Positions 49,474 to 58,939 of a stretch of DNA of 64,000 nt are shown one piece after another. The DNA is taken from contig OZ219917.1 in the NCBI GenBank assembly GCA_964291415.2, positions 672,001-736,000 of the forward strand, written 5' to 3'. How positions within the stretch are numbered: position 1 is the stretch's first letter; each line of letters starts with the position of its first letter. The DNA comes from Alphaproteobacteria bacterium (GTDB lineage: Bacteria; Pseudomonadota; Alphaproteobacteria; SP197). The notes below the pieces were generated by a model. That model was not told the origin of the DNA and ran no database searches. It saw nothing but the letters and a program-made list of their open reading frames with translations. The position numbers and the translations under genes were made by a program.

Positions 49474-49986
49474 ATGATCGGCGAGAAGACGAAGGCCGTC
49501 GAACTCTTCTGGCAACAATGCCGGAAGATCTTCGATATCGAGACATCCAGGTATCATGCATGCACGCTGGCTGATCCGCGATATCTGGATCCGTCTGTGC
49601 CGAACCTTGACCTGTCGGATCACCCGCGCCTCATCAGAAACCGCCAGAAGAACGGCACGGCCCACCTCGAAATCGACTTCGAGCGCAGCCGGGTTCCGCG
49701 CCGCTCGGTCGGTGATTACTGGCTCATCGTGGATTTTGACAGCGCCCCCCTCTACCTGGTCCGGATCACCGATGTTCTTGTCTTCCGGTTCAGCGATGTC
49801 CCGCAATCCTGGGCCGAGGTGGAGGGAGAGGGCGACTGCAGCCTGACGTGGTGGCGCGATGCCCATCGGGATTACTTCAGCCGCCAGTGCGCCTTCTGGA
49901 GTATCCCGTGGCGGGAAGACTTGCGGGTCGTCTGCGAGCAGTGGGGCCTGGTGGCTTTTGTCGACGGGGATCGTGTCCGGACCTGA
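49474..49986 (+). CDS. ASCH domain protein
   Basis: QKNGT, VGDYWLIVD, F.DV..SWA..EGEGD.SL.WWR.AH..YF, VVCE. Confidence 0.8.
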   Translation: MIGEKTKAVELFWQQCRKIFDIETSRYHACTLADPRYLDPSVPNLDLSDHPRLIRNRQKNGTAHLEIDFERSRVPRRSVGDYWLIVDFDSAPLYLVRITDVLVFRFSDVPQSWAEVEGEGDCSLTWWRDAHRDYFSRQCAFWSIPWREDLRVVCEQWGLVAFVDGDRVRT

Positions 49987-50054
49987 ATGCAGGGTCACCG
50001 ATGCTCCACTCGGGCGTCATCCGCCGCCTTGCGCTGCTCCGTCCTCCGCGTCTG

Positions 50055-50501
50055 TCAGGCGCCGGGGACATGGATGGCGACGAGGGTGCCGACGGCGATG
50101 GCCGGCGCGAAGGGCATGCCGCGGTGCCGGCGACCGGTGAGGACGAGCACCAGGGCGATGAGAGCGCCGGAGAGTGCCGTGGCGCACAGGAAGGGGACGA
50201 GGCCGCCGAAGCCCGTCCAGCAGGAGACAGCCGCCATCAGTTTCGCGTCCCCGGCGCCGAGCCATCCGCCCCATGCGAGAGCAAGGCCGATGACGAGAAC
50301 GCCGCCGCCACACGCCAGGTACCAGGCGATATCCCGGTCACCGCCAAGGAGGGCGACGAGGGGCGAGGTGGCGGCGATCGCCAGCACGACGGGATCGGGG
50401 ATCCTTTGCCGGCGCAGGTCCTCGACAGCCGCGATCGCGACGAGGACCACCGGCACGAGGGAGACGTCAATCAGCCCTGGTCCTCCCCGTCTTCCGCCCA
50501 C
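50055..50501 (-). CDS. Prepilin peptidase, A24/CpaA-TadV type, orphan
   Basis: EDLRRQRIPD, LGAGDAKL, GMPFAPAI; hydrophobic. Confidence 0.8.
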   Translation of the reverse strand: MGGRRGGPGLIDVSLVPVVLVAIAAVEDLRRQRIPDPVVLAIAATSPLVALLGGDRDIAWYLACGGGVLVIGLALAWGGWLGAGDAKLMAAVSCWTGFGGLVPFLCATALSGALIALVLVLTGRRHRGMPFAPAIAVGTLVAIHVPGA

Positions 50502-50658
50502 GACGGATGATCATGCCATCATCGCCACGCCGGGCAACGGCATGAGCGTCGTGTTCTGCGATGCCACGGACGCTGCATGAACCACGCGACGGCATGTCGT
50601 TCAGAGATGAACGCGTGATCGGCCAGAATCAGGGCGCACATTGCGCATGGGCTCGCTG

Positions 50659-51345
50659 TCAGGCGAGAGGCTCGACACAGCGAGGGTCATCGTTGGTGGC
50701 CTTGTTCACCAGTGAACTCACCGGATGAAGGGTCATCGTGTCCGGCGGCGAGGGACCGAGAGACATGTCATCTCCGGCAAGCCACGGCGCGCATGCCTCG
50801 ATCGGCAGGATCACCGGCATGCGGTGGTGCACCCGCGAGATGTCCGTGTTGGCTGCCGTCGTCAGGATCGTGCAGGTCTCCAGCGCGTCGCCCTCCCGCA
50901 AGTCGGCCAGCGATCCTGTCAGATTCAGACCAGCCGGCACTCTCCAGCTCTCCCACAGGCCGGCGAAGCAGAAGATGCCGCCCTCCTTCATCGTGATCAG
51001 CCAGGGCTGTCTCGCCTTCTTCTCCCCCGTCCACTCGTAGAACCCGTCGGCCGGGATCAGGCAGCGGCGCGACCGCCAGGCCGAGCGGAAGGACGGTTTC
51101 GTCCGCGCCGTCTCCGAGCGGGCATTGATCAACCGGTAGCCGATGTTGGGCTCCTTCGCCCACGAGGGAATCAGGCCCCAGCGCATCATGGCGAGACGCC
51201 GCCCGCCATCTTCAGCGCGCACGGCCGCGACCTGCTGTCCCGGCGCCACGTTGTAGCGCGGCGCCAGGTTCGCCGGTGATCCGATGAGGTCGAGCAATTC
51301 GTGGAGCTCGCGCCAGCCGAAGCGCTGTGTGAAGCGGCCGCACAT
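50659..51345 (-). CDS. SOS response-associated peptidase (SRAP/YedK, abasic-site protection)
   Basis: MCGRF N-terminus, RYNVAP, WGLIP, INAR.E, GFYEW, HHRMPV. Confidence 0.93.
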   Translation of the reverse strand: MCGRFTQRFGWRELHELLDLIGSPANLAPRYNVAPGQQVAAVRAEDGGRRLAMMRWGLIPSWAKEPNIGYRLINARSETARTKPSFRSAWRSRRCLIPADGFYEWTGEKKARQPWLITMKEGGIFCFAGLWESWRVPAGLNLTGSLADLREGDALETCTILTTAANTDISRVHHRMPVILPIEACAPWLAGDDMSLGPSPPDTMTLHPVSSLVNKATNDDPRCVEPLA

Positions 51346-51533
51346 GTCGCCACCTTGGCACAGTTGCCGGGAACCTTCATCTCGCGTTGATTGATGGCAG
51401 GCGCTCGCCCGCACGATCTCGGATGCCGGGGCAATGTCGTTTGTGCGGTCGGGCGGCGCGCGATAACATTCACGGCATTCCGGAAGCGGCCACATGGAGA
51501 GCCGCTCCATTCATTGAGGAGGATACCGGAACC

Positions 51534-53066
51534 ATGCAAATCAGGAGATGGATGCTGCGTTGCGCAGCGGTTGTTGCGGCGTTGGGGCTCGCAAGTCCCG
51601 TTGCGGCAGAAGGGACCTACGGGGGCACGCTGGTGGCGGCGTTCTCGGCCGACCCGGGAGGATTCGATCCGGCCCGCGGTCCCAGCGGCATGTCGCACGT
51701 GGTGATCGAGCAGGTCTATTCGACACTGCTCAACCTGGACGAGAATGCCAAGCCCTATGCCGGGATCGCCGAATCGTGGTCCCAGGCAGAGGATGGGCTG
51801 TCGTGGACGTTCACCCTTCGCGAGGGCCTGACGTTCCACAACGGCGAGGCGCTGACCGCCGAGGATGTCGTCTTCTCGTTCGAGCGCATCCTCGCCCCCG
51901 ACTCGGGCTACGCCTACAGTTCACAGATCGAGACCATCGCGGAAGTCGTGGCGGTGGACGACCTGACCGTCGAGTTCCGGCTCAACCGGGTGACGGGACC
52001 GTTCGAGATCTACATGGCCTTCCCCGGTTCATCGATCGTGCCGAAGGATCTCGTTGAATCGGACTGGGATCTCAATGCCCACCCGGTCGGCAGCGGACCC
52101 TTCAAGTTTGTCTCCTATACGCCCCGCGATTCGATCGTCTTCGAGAAGAACGAGGACTACTACGAGGAGGGGCGACCCTATTTCGATGGCATGGTCTACC
52201 GGATCATCTCGGACCCGACGGCGCTTTCCAACGGACTGAAGTCCGGCGAGATCCACTTCTCCAACGAGGTGCCGCCCAAGGACTGGAGCGCCATCGTCTC
52301 GCAGGACAACATGGTCGATGCGGCGATCGAGGGATCCCGCTACTTCTGGATGGTGCCGAACCATACCCGCGAACCCCTGGGCAATCCGCTCGTGCGCCGG
52401 GCCATCGCCCACGCCCTCAACAGGGCGGCAATCGTGCAGGGCGCCTTCTACGGCCAGGCGACGGCCATCCTGGGCGGGGTGATTCCCGAGTGGAACTGGG
52501 GCTATGCTGGCCTTGCCGAGTTCGCGCCCGAAGGCGACATCGAGAAGGCGAAGGCGCTGATGGCCGAGGCGGGAATCGCGGAAGGCACGCCGCTCTCGCT
52601 CACCATGGTGTCGTCATGGCCCCCGATGATGTCGATGGCGCCGATCATCCAGGCCAACCTGGCGCAGATCGGCTTCAATGCGACGATCGACACCATGGAG
52701 GTGCCGCGCTACTGGGACGAGGTCTGGGGTCCCTCCAACTTCGATCTCACGGTGATGTACTGGCTGTCGCCCCTGGCGGATCCGGATGATTTCGTGACCA
52801 ACACCTACGCCACGACATCCGCCGTCAACGTGCAGCTCGGCGGTTCGCAGGAGATGGACGATCTCATGCTGGCGGCCAAGTCGGCCGTCACCGTCGAGGA
52901 GCGCAAGGCGCTCTATCTCGAACAGCAGCAGCTCTCTCTCGACACCATGGACGTCATTCCGGTGGTGAACGGCTGGGTGCTGACGGCGCACACCGACAGC
53001 CTGAAGAACTTCAAGCCGATGCGGACCGGGTTCCTCAAGACCCTGAAGGACTCCTGGCTGGAGTAG
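51534..53066 (+). CDS. Peptide/nickel ABC substrate-binding protein (family 5)
   Basis: Signal peptide, AESWS..DGL.WTFTLR.G..FH.G, PVGSGPF, VRRAIAHA. Confidence 0.92.
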   Translation: MQIRRWMLRCAAVVAALGLASPVAAEGTYGGTLVAAFSADPGGFDPARGPSGMSHVVIEQVYSTLLNLDENAKPYAGIAESWSQAEDGLSWTFTLREGLTFHNGEALTAEDVVFSFERILAPDSGYAYSSQIETIAEVVAVDDLTVEFRLNRVTGPFEIYMAFPGSSIVPKDLVESDWDLNAHPVGSGPFKFVSYTPRDSIVFEKNEDYYEEGRPYFDGMVYRIISDPTALSNGLKSGEIHFSNEVPPKDWSAIVSQDNMVDAAIEGSRYFWMVPNHTREPLGNPLVRRAIAHALNRAAIVQGAFYGQATAILGGVIPEWNWGYAGLAEFAPEGDIEKAKALMAEAGIAEGTPLSLTMVSSWPPMMSMAPIIQANLAQIGFNATIDTMEVPRYWDEVWGPSNFDLTVMYWLSPLADPDDFVTNTYATTSAVNVQLGGSQEMDDLMLAAKSAVTVEERKALYLEQQQLSLDTMDVIPVVNGWVLTAHTDSLKNFKPMRTGFLKTLKDSWLE

Positions 53067-53082
53067 CGCCAGACCCTGCGCT

Positions 53083-53112
53083 CCGGTGCCGGCCCATCCG
53101 GGCCGGCACCGG
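53083..53112 (+). other. Intra-operon hairpin (13-bp stem) after the binding-protein gene
   Basis: CCGGTGCCGGCCC-atcc-GGGCCGGCACCGG. Confidence 0.55.
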
Positions 53113-53124
53113 GTGCACCTGACG

Positions 53125-54081
53125 ATGCTGGCGCTTGTCTTCTGGAGGCTTGCCTCCTTCATTCCGACGCTGATCGTGGCGTCGGCCATCCTGTTCGTCG
53201 CCGTCAACGTCGTTCCCGGTTCGGCGGCGCTGTCAGCGCTCGGCATCCACGCCACGCCCCAGGCCCTCAAGCGTTTCGAGCACCAGCACGGTCTCGACCG
53301 GCCCCTTGCCGTCCAGTACGTGGAGTGGGCGGGCAAGGCGCTGCAGGGCGACTTCGGCACGTCATTCCAGAACGCCGTGCCTGTCGGCCCGGAGGTGAGG
53401 AAGCGCATTCCCGTCACCCTGCAGCTGGCCGGGATGGCCTTCGTGGTGGCCATCGCGCTCGCGATTCCCCTGGGCGTGGTGGCGGGATTCCGCCACCAGA
53501 CCGGCACCGACGGAGTGGTGACGACGCTGGCCACTCTCTTCGGCTCGACGCCGAACTTCTGGCTGGCCACGCTGTTGATCTGGTTTTTCTCGCTCAAGAT
53601 GGGTTGGTTGCCCACCGGGGGCTACGTTGCGTTTGCCGAGGATCCGGCAGGCAATCTCGAGCGCATGCTGCTTCCGTGCATCGCCCTTGGCGTCGTTTCG
53701 TCCGGTCTTCTCATCCGCATCATGCGCACCGCGGTGATCGAGGTGATGTCCTCGAATTTCATCGAAACGGCACGCTCCAAGGGGGTCGGCGACCTGCGCC
53801 TCGTCAGCTTCCACGTGCTGCGCAACGCCCTCATCCCGTTCTTCACCGTCAGCGCCGTCGAGTTCGGTTTCCTTGTCGGCAGCGTCGTCATCATCGAGGA
53901 CGTGTTCCGCATTCCGGGAATCGGATCCCTCGTCCTCGTGGGGATCATCAACCGCGACTATCCGGTGCTCCTGGCGGCGGCCATGACGGTCACCGTCATC
54001 GTTCTCGTCGTCAATCTCATCGTCGATCTGGCGGCCCAGGTGATCGACCCGCGCCAGGTCCGCACCGGACACGGATCATGA
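53125..54081 (+). CDS. Peptide ABC permease (DppB/OppB-like)
   Basis: GLDRPL..QY, GDFGTS, PNFW, TARSKG, RDYPV. Confidence 0.92.
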   Translation: MLALVFWRLASFIPTLIVASAILFVAVNVVPGSAALSALGIHATPQALKRFEHQHGLDRPLAVQYVEWAGKALQGDFGTSFQNAVPVGPEVRKRIPVTLQLAGMAFVVAIALAIPLGVVAGFRHQTGTDGVVTTLATLFGSTPNFWLATLLIWFFSLKMGWLPTGGYVAFAEDPAGNLERMLLPCIALGVVSSGLLIRIMRTAVIEVMSSNFIETARSKGVGDLRLVSFHVLRNALIPFFTVSAVEFGFLVGSVVIIEDVFRIPGIGSLVLVGIINRDYPVLLAAAMTVTVIVLVVNLIVDLAAQVIDPRQVRTGHGS

Positions 54082-54905
54082 TCCGACGGCTGAACTGGCG
54101 GCGCTACGGCCTCGTTGCCGTGACCCTGCCCGTGGTGGCCATGGTGTTTCTGGCAGCCGCCCTGGCTCCCGTCATCGCCCCCTATGATCCGTTCGAGCTC
54201 GATGTTCTCGTCATGCTGCAGGGCCCTGGTGGGGACCACCTCCTGGGCACCGACGAACTGGGACGCGACATCCTGTCGCGGGTCATCCACGCTTCGCGTG
54301 TCTCGATCGTCGTCGGTCTCGTCGCTGTCGCCATCGGCGCCACCGGGGGCGTCCTCATCGGGGTTCTGGCGGCCCACTTCGGGGGTGCTGTGGACTCCGT
54401 GCTGATGCGCTTCATGGAGATCGTCTTCTGCTTTCCGGCGATCCTTCTGGCCGTCATCCTCATGGCCAACCTGGGGACGTCCGTCCTCAACGCGATGCTC
54501 GCCATCGGCATTATCTTCATACCCGGTTTCGCGCGGCTGACCCGGGCCGTGGCGCAGACGGTGCAACGCCAGCCCTTTCTCGAGGCGGCGATCTGCCTCG
54601 GGGTGGGCCCGGTGCGCCTCATTACCCGCGAGATCCTGCCCAACGTCATCGGACCGGTCCTGGTCGAGGCGGCGGTTGCCTTCTCCTATGCCGTGCTTCT
54701 CGAATCGGCGCTGTCGTTCCTCGGTCTGGGCGCCCAGCCTCCGGAGCCGTCATGGGGCAACATGATCAACACCGGACGCGGCTTCATCGACCAGGCGCCG
54801 TGGATCAGTCTGGCACCCGGCGCCGCACTCTTCGTCACGGTGTTCAGTTTCAATCTCCTGGGAGACGGGCTGCGCGACGTGCTCGACCCGAAACTCCATG
54901 ACTGA
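54078..54905 (+). CDS. Peptide ABC permease (DppC/OppC-like)
   Basis: HLLGTDELGRD, ESALSFLGLG, PSWG, NLLGDGLRD. Confidence 0.92.
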   Translation: MIRRLNWRRYGLVAVTLPVVAMVFLAAALAPVIAPYDPFELDVLVMLQGPGGDHLLGTDELGRDILSRVIHASRVSIVVGLVAVAIGATGGVLIGVLAAHFGGAVDSVLMRFMEIVFCFPAILLAVILMANLGTSVLNAMLAIGIIFIPGFARLTRAVAQTVQRQPFLEAAICLGVGPVRLITREILPNVIGPVLVEAAVAFSYAVLLESALSFLGLGAQPPEPSWGNMINTGRGFIDQAPWISLAPGAALFVTVFSFNLLGDGLRDVLDPKLHD

Positions 54906-55872
54906 TTCCGGCCTCGCACCCGACAGCCTTCTCGAGGTCGAAGGCCTCACCATCGTGCTCCGCCACCGCCACCGGCCGCCGGCAAGCATTGCCCGGGATG
55001 TGTCGTTCCGAGTGAATGCCGGCGAGATCGTCGGTCTCATCGGCGAATCGGGCAGTGGCAAGACCATGACCGCCAAGTCGCTGATCGGCCTGCTTCCCGA
55101 CCGCATGGAAGTGGTCTCCGGCCGCGTCCGGTTCCGCGGGCGCGACCTTCTCGGTGGCGAGGATCCGGCACGTGTGCGCGGCAGGGACATCGCGCTCATT
55201 CCCCAGGACGCCCTCCATGCGCTCAATCCGGTGAAGACGATCGGCTGGCAGGTCGGCGAACCGCTGCAGGTGCATGGCGGACTGCGGCGGCGGCGCATCG
55301 CAAGCGTTGTCGGGGACCTTCTCGAACGCGTGCACATTCCCGATGCGAGGCGTCGTGGCGTTGACTATCCGCACCAGTTCTCCGGAGGCATGCAGCAAAG
55401 GGCCTTGACGGCCATGGCGCTCTCGATGGAGCCGCCGCTCATCCTTGCAGACGAACCGACGACGGCTCTCGACGTCACCATCCAGGCGGAGATCATTGAT
55501 CTCATCGGTGAGTTGCGGGACGCCACCGGAGCCAGTTTTCTCTTCATCTCCCACGATCTGGCGCTGGTCTCCAGCTTCTGCGACAGGATCTACGTCATGT
55601 ATGCCGGCGAGATCGTCGAGAGCGGGACGAAGGACGCCATCTTCAGCCATACCCGTCATCCCTACACGCGGGCGCTCATTGGCGCCGCGCCGCGCCTTGC
55701 CGGCAATCCGGAGAGACTGCCGACGATCCCGGGAAGGATCCCCCGGCCCCACGAGGAGATCCGCGGATGCCGGTTCCGCGAGCGATGCCCCGCCGCCGGC
55801 GCCGCGTGCGGGGAGCCGCCGCGCCTCGAGACGGCGGACGGTGATCATGCCGTTCGCTGCTGGTATGCCTGA
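54898..55872 (+). CDS. Peptide ABC ATPase (DppD/OppD-like)
   Basis: GESGSGKT, YPHQFSGGMQQR, DEPTTALD, HPYT, GCRF..RC. Confidence 0.92.
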   Translation: MTDSGLAPDSLLEVEGLTIVLRHRHRPPASIARDVSFRVNAGEIVGLIGESGSGKTMTAKSLIGLLPDRMEVVSGRVRFRGRDLLGGEDPARVRGRDIALIPQDALHALNPVKTIGWQVGEPLQVHGGLRRRRIASVVGDLLERVHIPDARRRGVDYPHQFSGGMQQRALTAMALSMEPPLILADEPTTALDVTIQAEIIDLIGELRDATGASFLFISHDLALVSSFCDRIYVMYAGEIVESGTKDAIFSHTRHPYTRALIGAAPRLAGNPERLPTIPGRIPRPHEEIRGCRFRERCPAAGAACGEPPRLETADGDHAVRCWYA

Positions 55873-56683
55873 CGCGATGCTTCTCGTTGCAAGGGAACTC
55901 TCCACGACCTTTCGTGGCCGCGGCCTGCTGCGCCGGGGCGGCGACGTCCGGGCCCTGAACGAGGTCTCCTTCAGCCTGGCGAAGAACCAGACCCTGGGCA
56001 TCGTCGGCGAATCGGGGTCCGGCAAGTCAACCCTGTTGCGCGTCATCCTGCGCCTCACGCCCTACCAGGCGGGACGTCTCGCATTCGACGGCGCCGAGAT
56101 CGCCACGCTGTCCGGCACGGCGCTGAAGGATCTGCGGCGGCGCGTCCAGCCGGTGTTCCAGGATCCCTATGCGACGTTCAATCCGCGGTTCTCCATAGGC
56201 TCGTCGATCGGCCTGGGTTTCGAACTCCTGGGAGAACACCGGCGCCAGGAGGTCAGGGAGGAGGTCAGGCGTCTTCTCGACGACGTCGGTCTTGATCCCG
56301 ATCTCGAGCGGGCGCTGCCTCACGAACTCTCCGGGGGCCAGCGGCAGCGTGCCGCCATCGCCCGCGCGCTGGCGGTCCGGCCGGACCTCCTGCTGCTCGA
56401 TGAGCCGACGTCCGCCCTCGACGTTTCGGTCCAGGCGCAGGTCCTGAACCTCTTCAAGGATCTTCGCCGGCGCTATGGTTTCTCCCTCATTCTCGTGACC
56501 CACGATCTCCCGGTCGTCGGCTTCATGTGCGACCATCTCCTCGTCATGAAGTCAGGAGAGGTGGTCGAAAGGGGCGCGACGGCGACCGTGATCGGCAACC
56601 CGGTGTCCCCGTACACCCGCGCGCTGGTCAATTCGGCGCCCGAGGTATCGGGGAAGAAGGCGCAACCGGCAGCGAGGCAGTGA
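55865..56683 (+). CDS. Peptide ABC ATPase (DppF/OppF-like)
   Basis: GESGSGKST, FQDP, LSGGQRQR, DEPTSALD. Confidence 0.92.
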   Translation: MPDAMLLVARELSTTFRGRGLLRRGGDVRALNEVSFSLAKNQTLGIVGESGSGKSTLLRVILRLTPYQAGRLAFDGAEIATLSGTALKDLRRRVQPVFQDPYATFNPRFSIGSSIGLGFELLGEHRRQEVREEVRRLLDDVGLDPDLERALPHELSGGQRQRAAIARALAVRPDLLLLDEPTSALDVSVQAQVLNLFKDLRRRYGFSLILVTHDLPVVGFMCDHLLVMKSGEVVERGATATVIGNPVSPYTRALVNSAPEVSGKKAQPAARQ

Positions 56684-58338
56684 TGAGCGACATCAGCAAC
56701 GACACCATCGCCGCGGCCGAGACCGTGCTCGGCGTGCGTTACAGCGATTCGGAGCGGGCGCTGATGCGCGACAACCTTGCACCGCAGATCGAGAACGCCA
56801 GAAGACGAAGGGCGCTCGTCTTTGCCAACGGTCTGGGGCCTGCCACCCGGTTCGATCCGCGGTTGCCCGGATTCCGGGCGCCGCCGTCCGGGCCTTCCCC
56901 GGTCTGGCAGGACCGCGAGGTGCGGCCGCTTCCCGAATCGGATGAGGACATCGCCTTTGCCCCGGTTCACACGCTCTCCGGGTGGATCCGGTCAGGCGCC
57001 CTCACCAGCCGGCGGCTTGTCGGAATCTGTCTTGACCGGATCGACCGCCTGGCCGGCCGCCTCGAGTGTTTCGTCACGGTCACGGGCGAGAGGGCGCTTG
57101 CGGAGGCGGACGCCATGGACGCCATGACGCGCGCCGGCCACTGGCAGGGGCCGCTTCACGGCATCCCCTATGCGCTGAAGGATCTCTTCGATGCGCGGGA
57201 GACACGGACGACCTGGGGAGCCGAACCCTTCCGGGACCGGATCGCAACAGGAGATGCCGCAGTGGTGACGAGACTGCGGCAGGCCGGCGCCGTGCTGCTC
57301 GGCAAGTCGACCGTTGGCGCGCTCGCCTACGGCGACATCTGGTTCGGGGGCAAGACCCGCAACCCCTGGAACCTAAACGAGGGTGCGAGCGGTTCGAGTG
57401 CCGGTTCGGCAGCGGCCACCGCTGCCGGGCTGTGCGCATTTTCCATCGGCACGGAAACCCTCGGATCCATCACGTCACCCTCGGAGCGCTGCGGCACGAC
57501 GGGGCTGAGACCCACCTTCGGCCGCGTGTCGCGCACCGGCGGGATGGCATTGTGCTGGTCGCTCGACAAGGTGGGACCGATCTGCCGCACCGTCGAGGAC
57601 ACCGGCTTCGTGCTGGCGGCAATCAACGGCGGAGACGCGACGGATCCGGGCTCCATCGACATGCCGTTCCTTCACGACGCGACGCAGCCGCCGGAGGGTT
57701 TGCGTCTCGGCTGGCTGCCGGAAGCCTACGAGGGCGACGACGTGACGGACGTCGACCGCCAGGCGCTGGATACCGTGCGTTCTCTTTTCCCTTCGATTCG
57801 CGAGGTGGGCCTGCCCGATCTTCCCTACGACACCCTGATCGCCGTGCTCTATGCGGAAGCCGCCGCGGCCTTCGAGGATCTCACGCTCGACGACATCGAC
57901 GACACGCTGACACGCCAGGACGAGGGGGCCTGGCCCAACGCATTCAGAAAGGCGCGCTTTCTTTCGGCGGTGGACCACGTGCAGTTCGACCGTCTGCGCC
58001 GCCTGGTGATGGAGGCCCTCGACAGGCTGTTCATGGAGATCGACGTGCTCGTCGGTCCGTTCTCGACCGGCCCGATGCTGGTGGCGAGCAACTTCACCGG
58101 CCATCCCTGTCTGCACTTGAGGTGCGGTTTCGAGGACCTGGCGACCCGTTCGGAACTCTCGCTGGCCGAAGGGCGGCTCGAACTCGGCCGTGCAACGTCG
58201 TCGGAACGCACATTCACCGTGCCCCGCGGTCTTTCACTGTGGGCCGGGCTCTTCAAGGAATCGCACCTGCTCCATGTCGGTGAATCCCTGGAACGCCTGT
58301 TCGACGTCCACCACCGCCGGCCGACCCTTGCCGCCTGA
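56683..58338 (+). CDS. Amidase signature family enzyme
   Basis: GPLHGIPYALKD (Lys), GSSAGS (cis-Ser), ETLGSI (Ser), GLRPTFGRV. Confidence 0.9.
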   Translation: MSDISNDTIAAAETVLGVRYSDSERALMRDNLAPQIENARRRRALVFANGLGPATRFDPRLPGFRAPPSGPSPVWQDREVRPLPESDEDIAFAPVHTLSGWIRSGALTSRRLVGICLDRIDRLAGRLECFVTVTGERALAEADAMDAMTRAGHWQGPLHGIPYALKDLFDARETRTTWGAEPFRDRIATGDAAVVTRLRQAGAVLLGKSTVGALAYGDIWFGGKTRNPWNLNEGASGSSAGSAAATAAGLCAFSIGTETLGSITSPSERCGTTGLRPTFGRVSRTGGMALCWSLDKVGPICRTVEDTGFVLAAINGGDATDPGSIDMPFLHDATQPPEGLRLGWLPEAYEGDDVTDVDRQALDTVRSLFPSIREVGLPDLPYDTLIAVLYAEAAAAFEDLTLDDIDDTLTRQDEGAWPNAFRKARFLSAVDHVQFDRLRRLVMEALDRLFMEIDVLVGPFSTGPMLVASNFTGHPCLHLRCGFEDLATRSELSLAEGRLELGRATSSERTFTVPRGLSLWAGLFKESHLLHVGESLERLFDVHHRRPTLAA

Positions 58339-58939
58339 GGCGTCCCTCGTCCTTGCCTCCGCGAGTGCGGCGAGACGGCAACTGCTGCACGACGCCGGGG
58401 TGCGATTCCGGGTGGTGCCTGCCGCCGTTGACGAGACGACGCTGCGCCGGGACCTCGAGGCCCGCGCGATGCCGCTCGGCGACATGGCCTTGGCCCTGGC
58501 CTGCGAGAAGGCCCTCGCCGTCAGCCGGGACGAGCCCGATTCCCTCATACTGGGGGCCGACCAGATGCTCGAATGCGACGGCCGCCGTCTTGACAAGGCG
58601 ACGGACCTGGGCGAGGCCCGCCGGCACCTCGAGGCCCTCCGGGGGCGCACGCACAGGCTTGTGACCGCCACCGTTCTGGTGGTCAACGGAGAACGACAAT
58701 GGCATCACACGGAAACGTGCATGCTGACGATGCGCTCCCTTGATGACGACTCGCTTGCGGCCTATATCGCGGCTGCCGGAGAGCGCATTCTCCAAAGTGT
58801 GGGCTGCTACCAGGTCGAGGGGCGCGGAATCAGGCTGTTCGAACGGATAGAGGGCGACTGGCACGCCATCATCGGATTGCCGCTGCTGGCCGTTCTCAAT
58901 GAACTTGACGCGAGGGGGGCGCTCGGCCCGTGGGACTGA
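58328..58939 (+). CDS. maf: Maf-family nucleoside triphosphate pyrophosphatase
   Basis: LVLASASAARRQLL, VDE, LA.EKA, GADQ, GCYQVE, IIGLPL; TTG start overlaps the amidase stop. Confidence 0.88.
   Translation: MPPEASLVLASASAARRQLLHDAGVRFRVVPAAVDETTLRRDLEARAMPLGDMALALACEKALAVSRDEPDSLILGADQMLECDGRRLDKATDLGEARRHLEALRGRTHRLVTATVLVVNGERQWHHTETCMLTMRSLDDDSLAAYIAAAGERILQSVGCYQVEGRGIRLFERIEGDWHAIIGLPLLAVLNELDARGALGPWD

Noticed and set aside
50599-50612. GTTC-N6-GAAC as a LexA box
   Set aside because: It is an inverted arrangement, not the alphaproteobacterial GTTC-N7-GTTC direct repeat, and it lies downstream of SRAP
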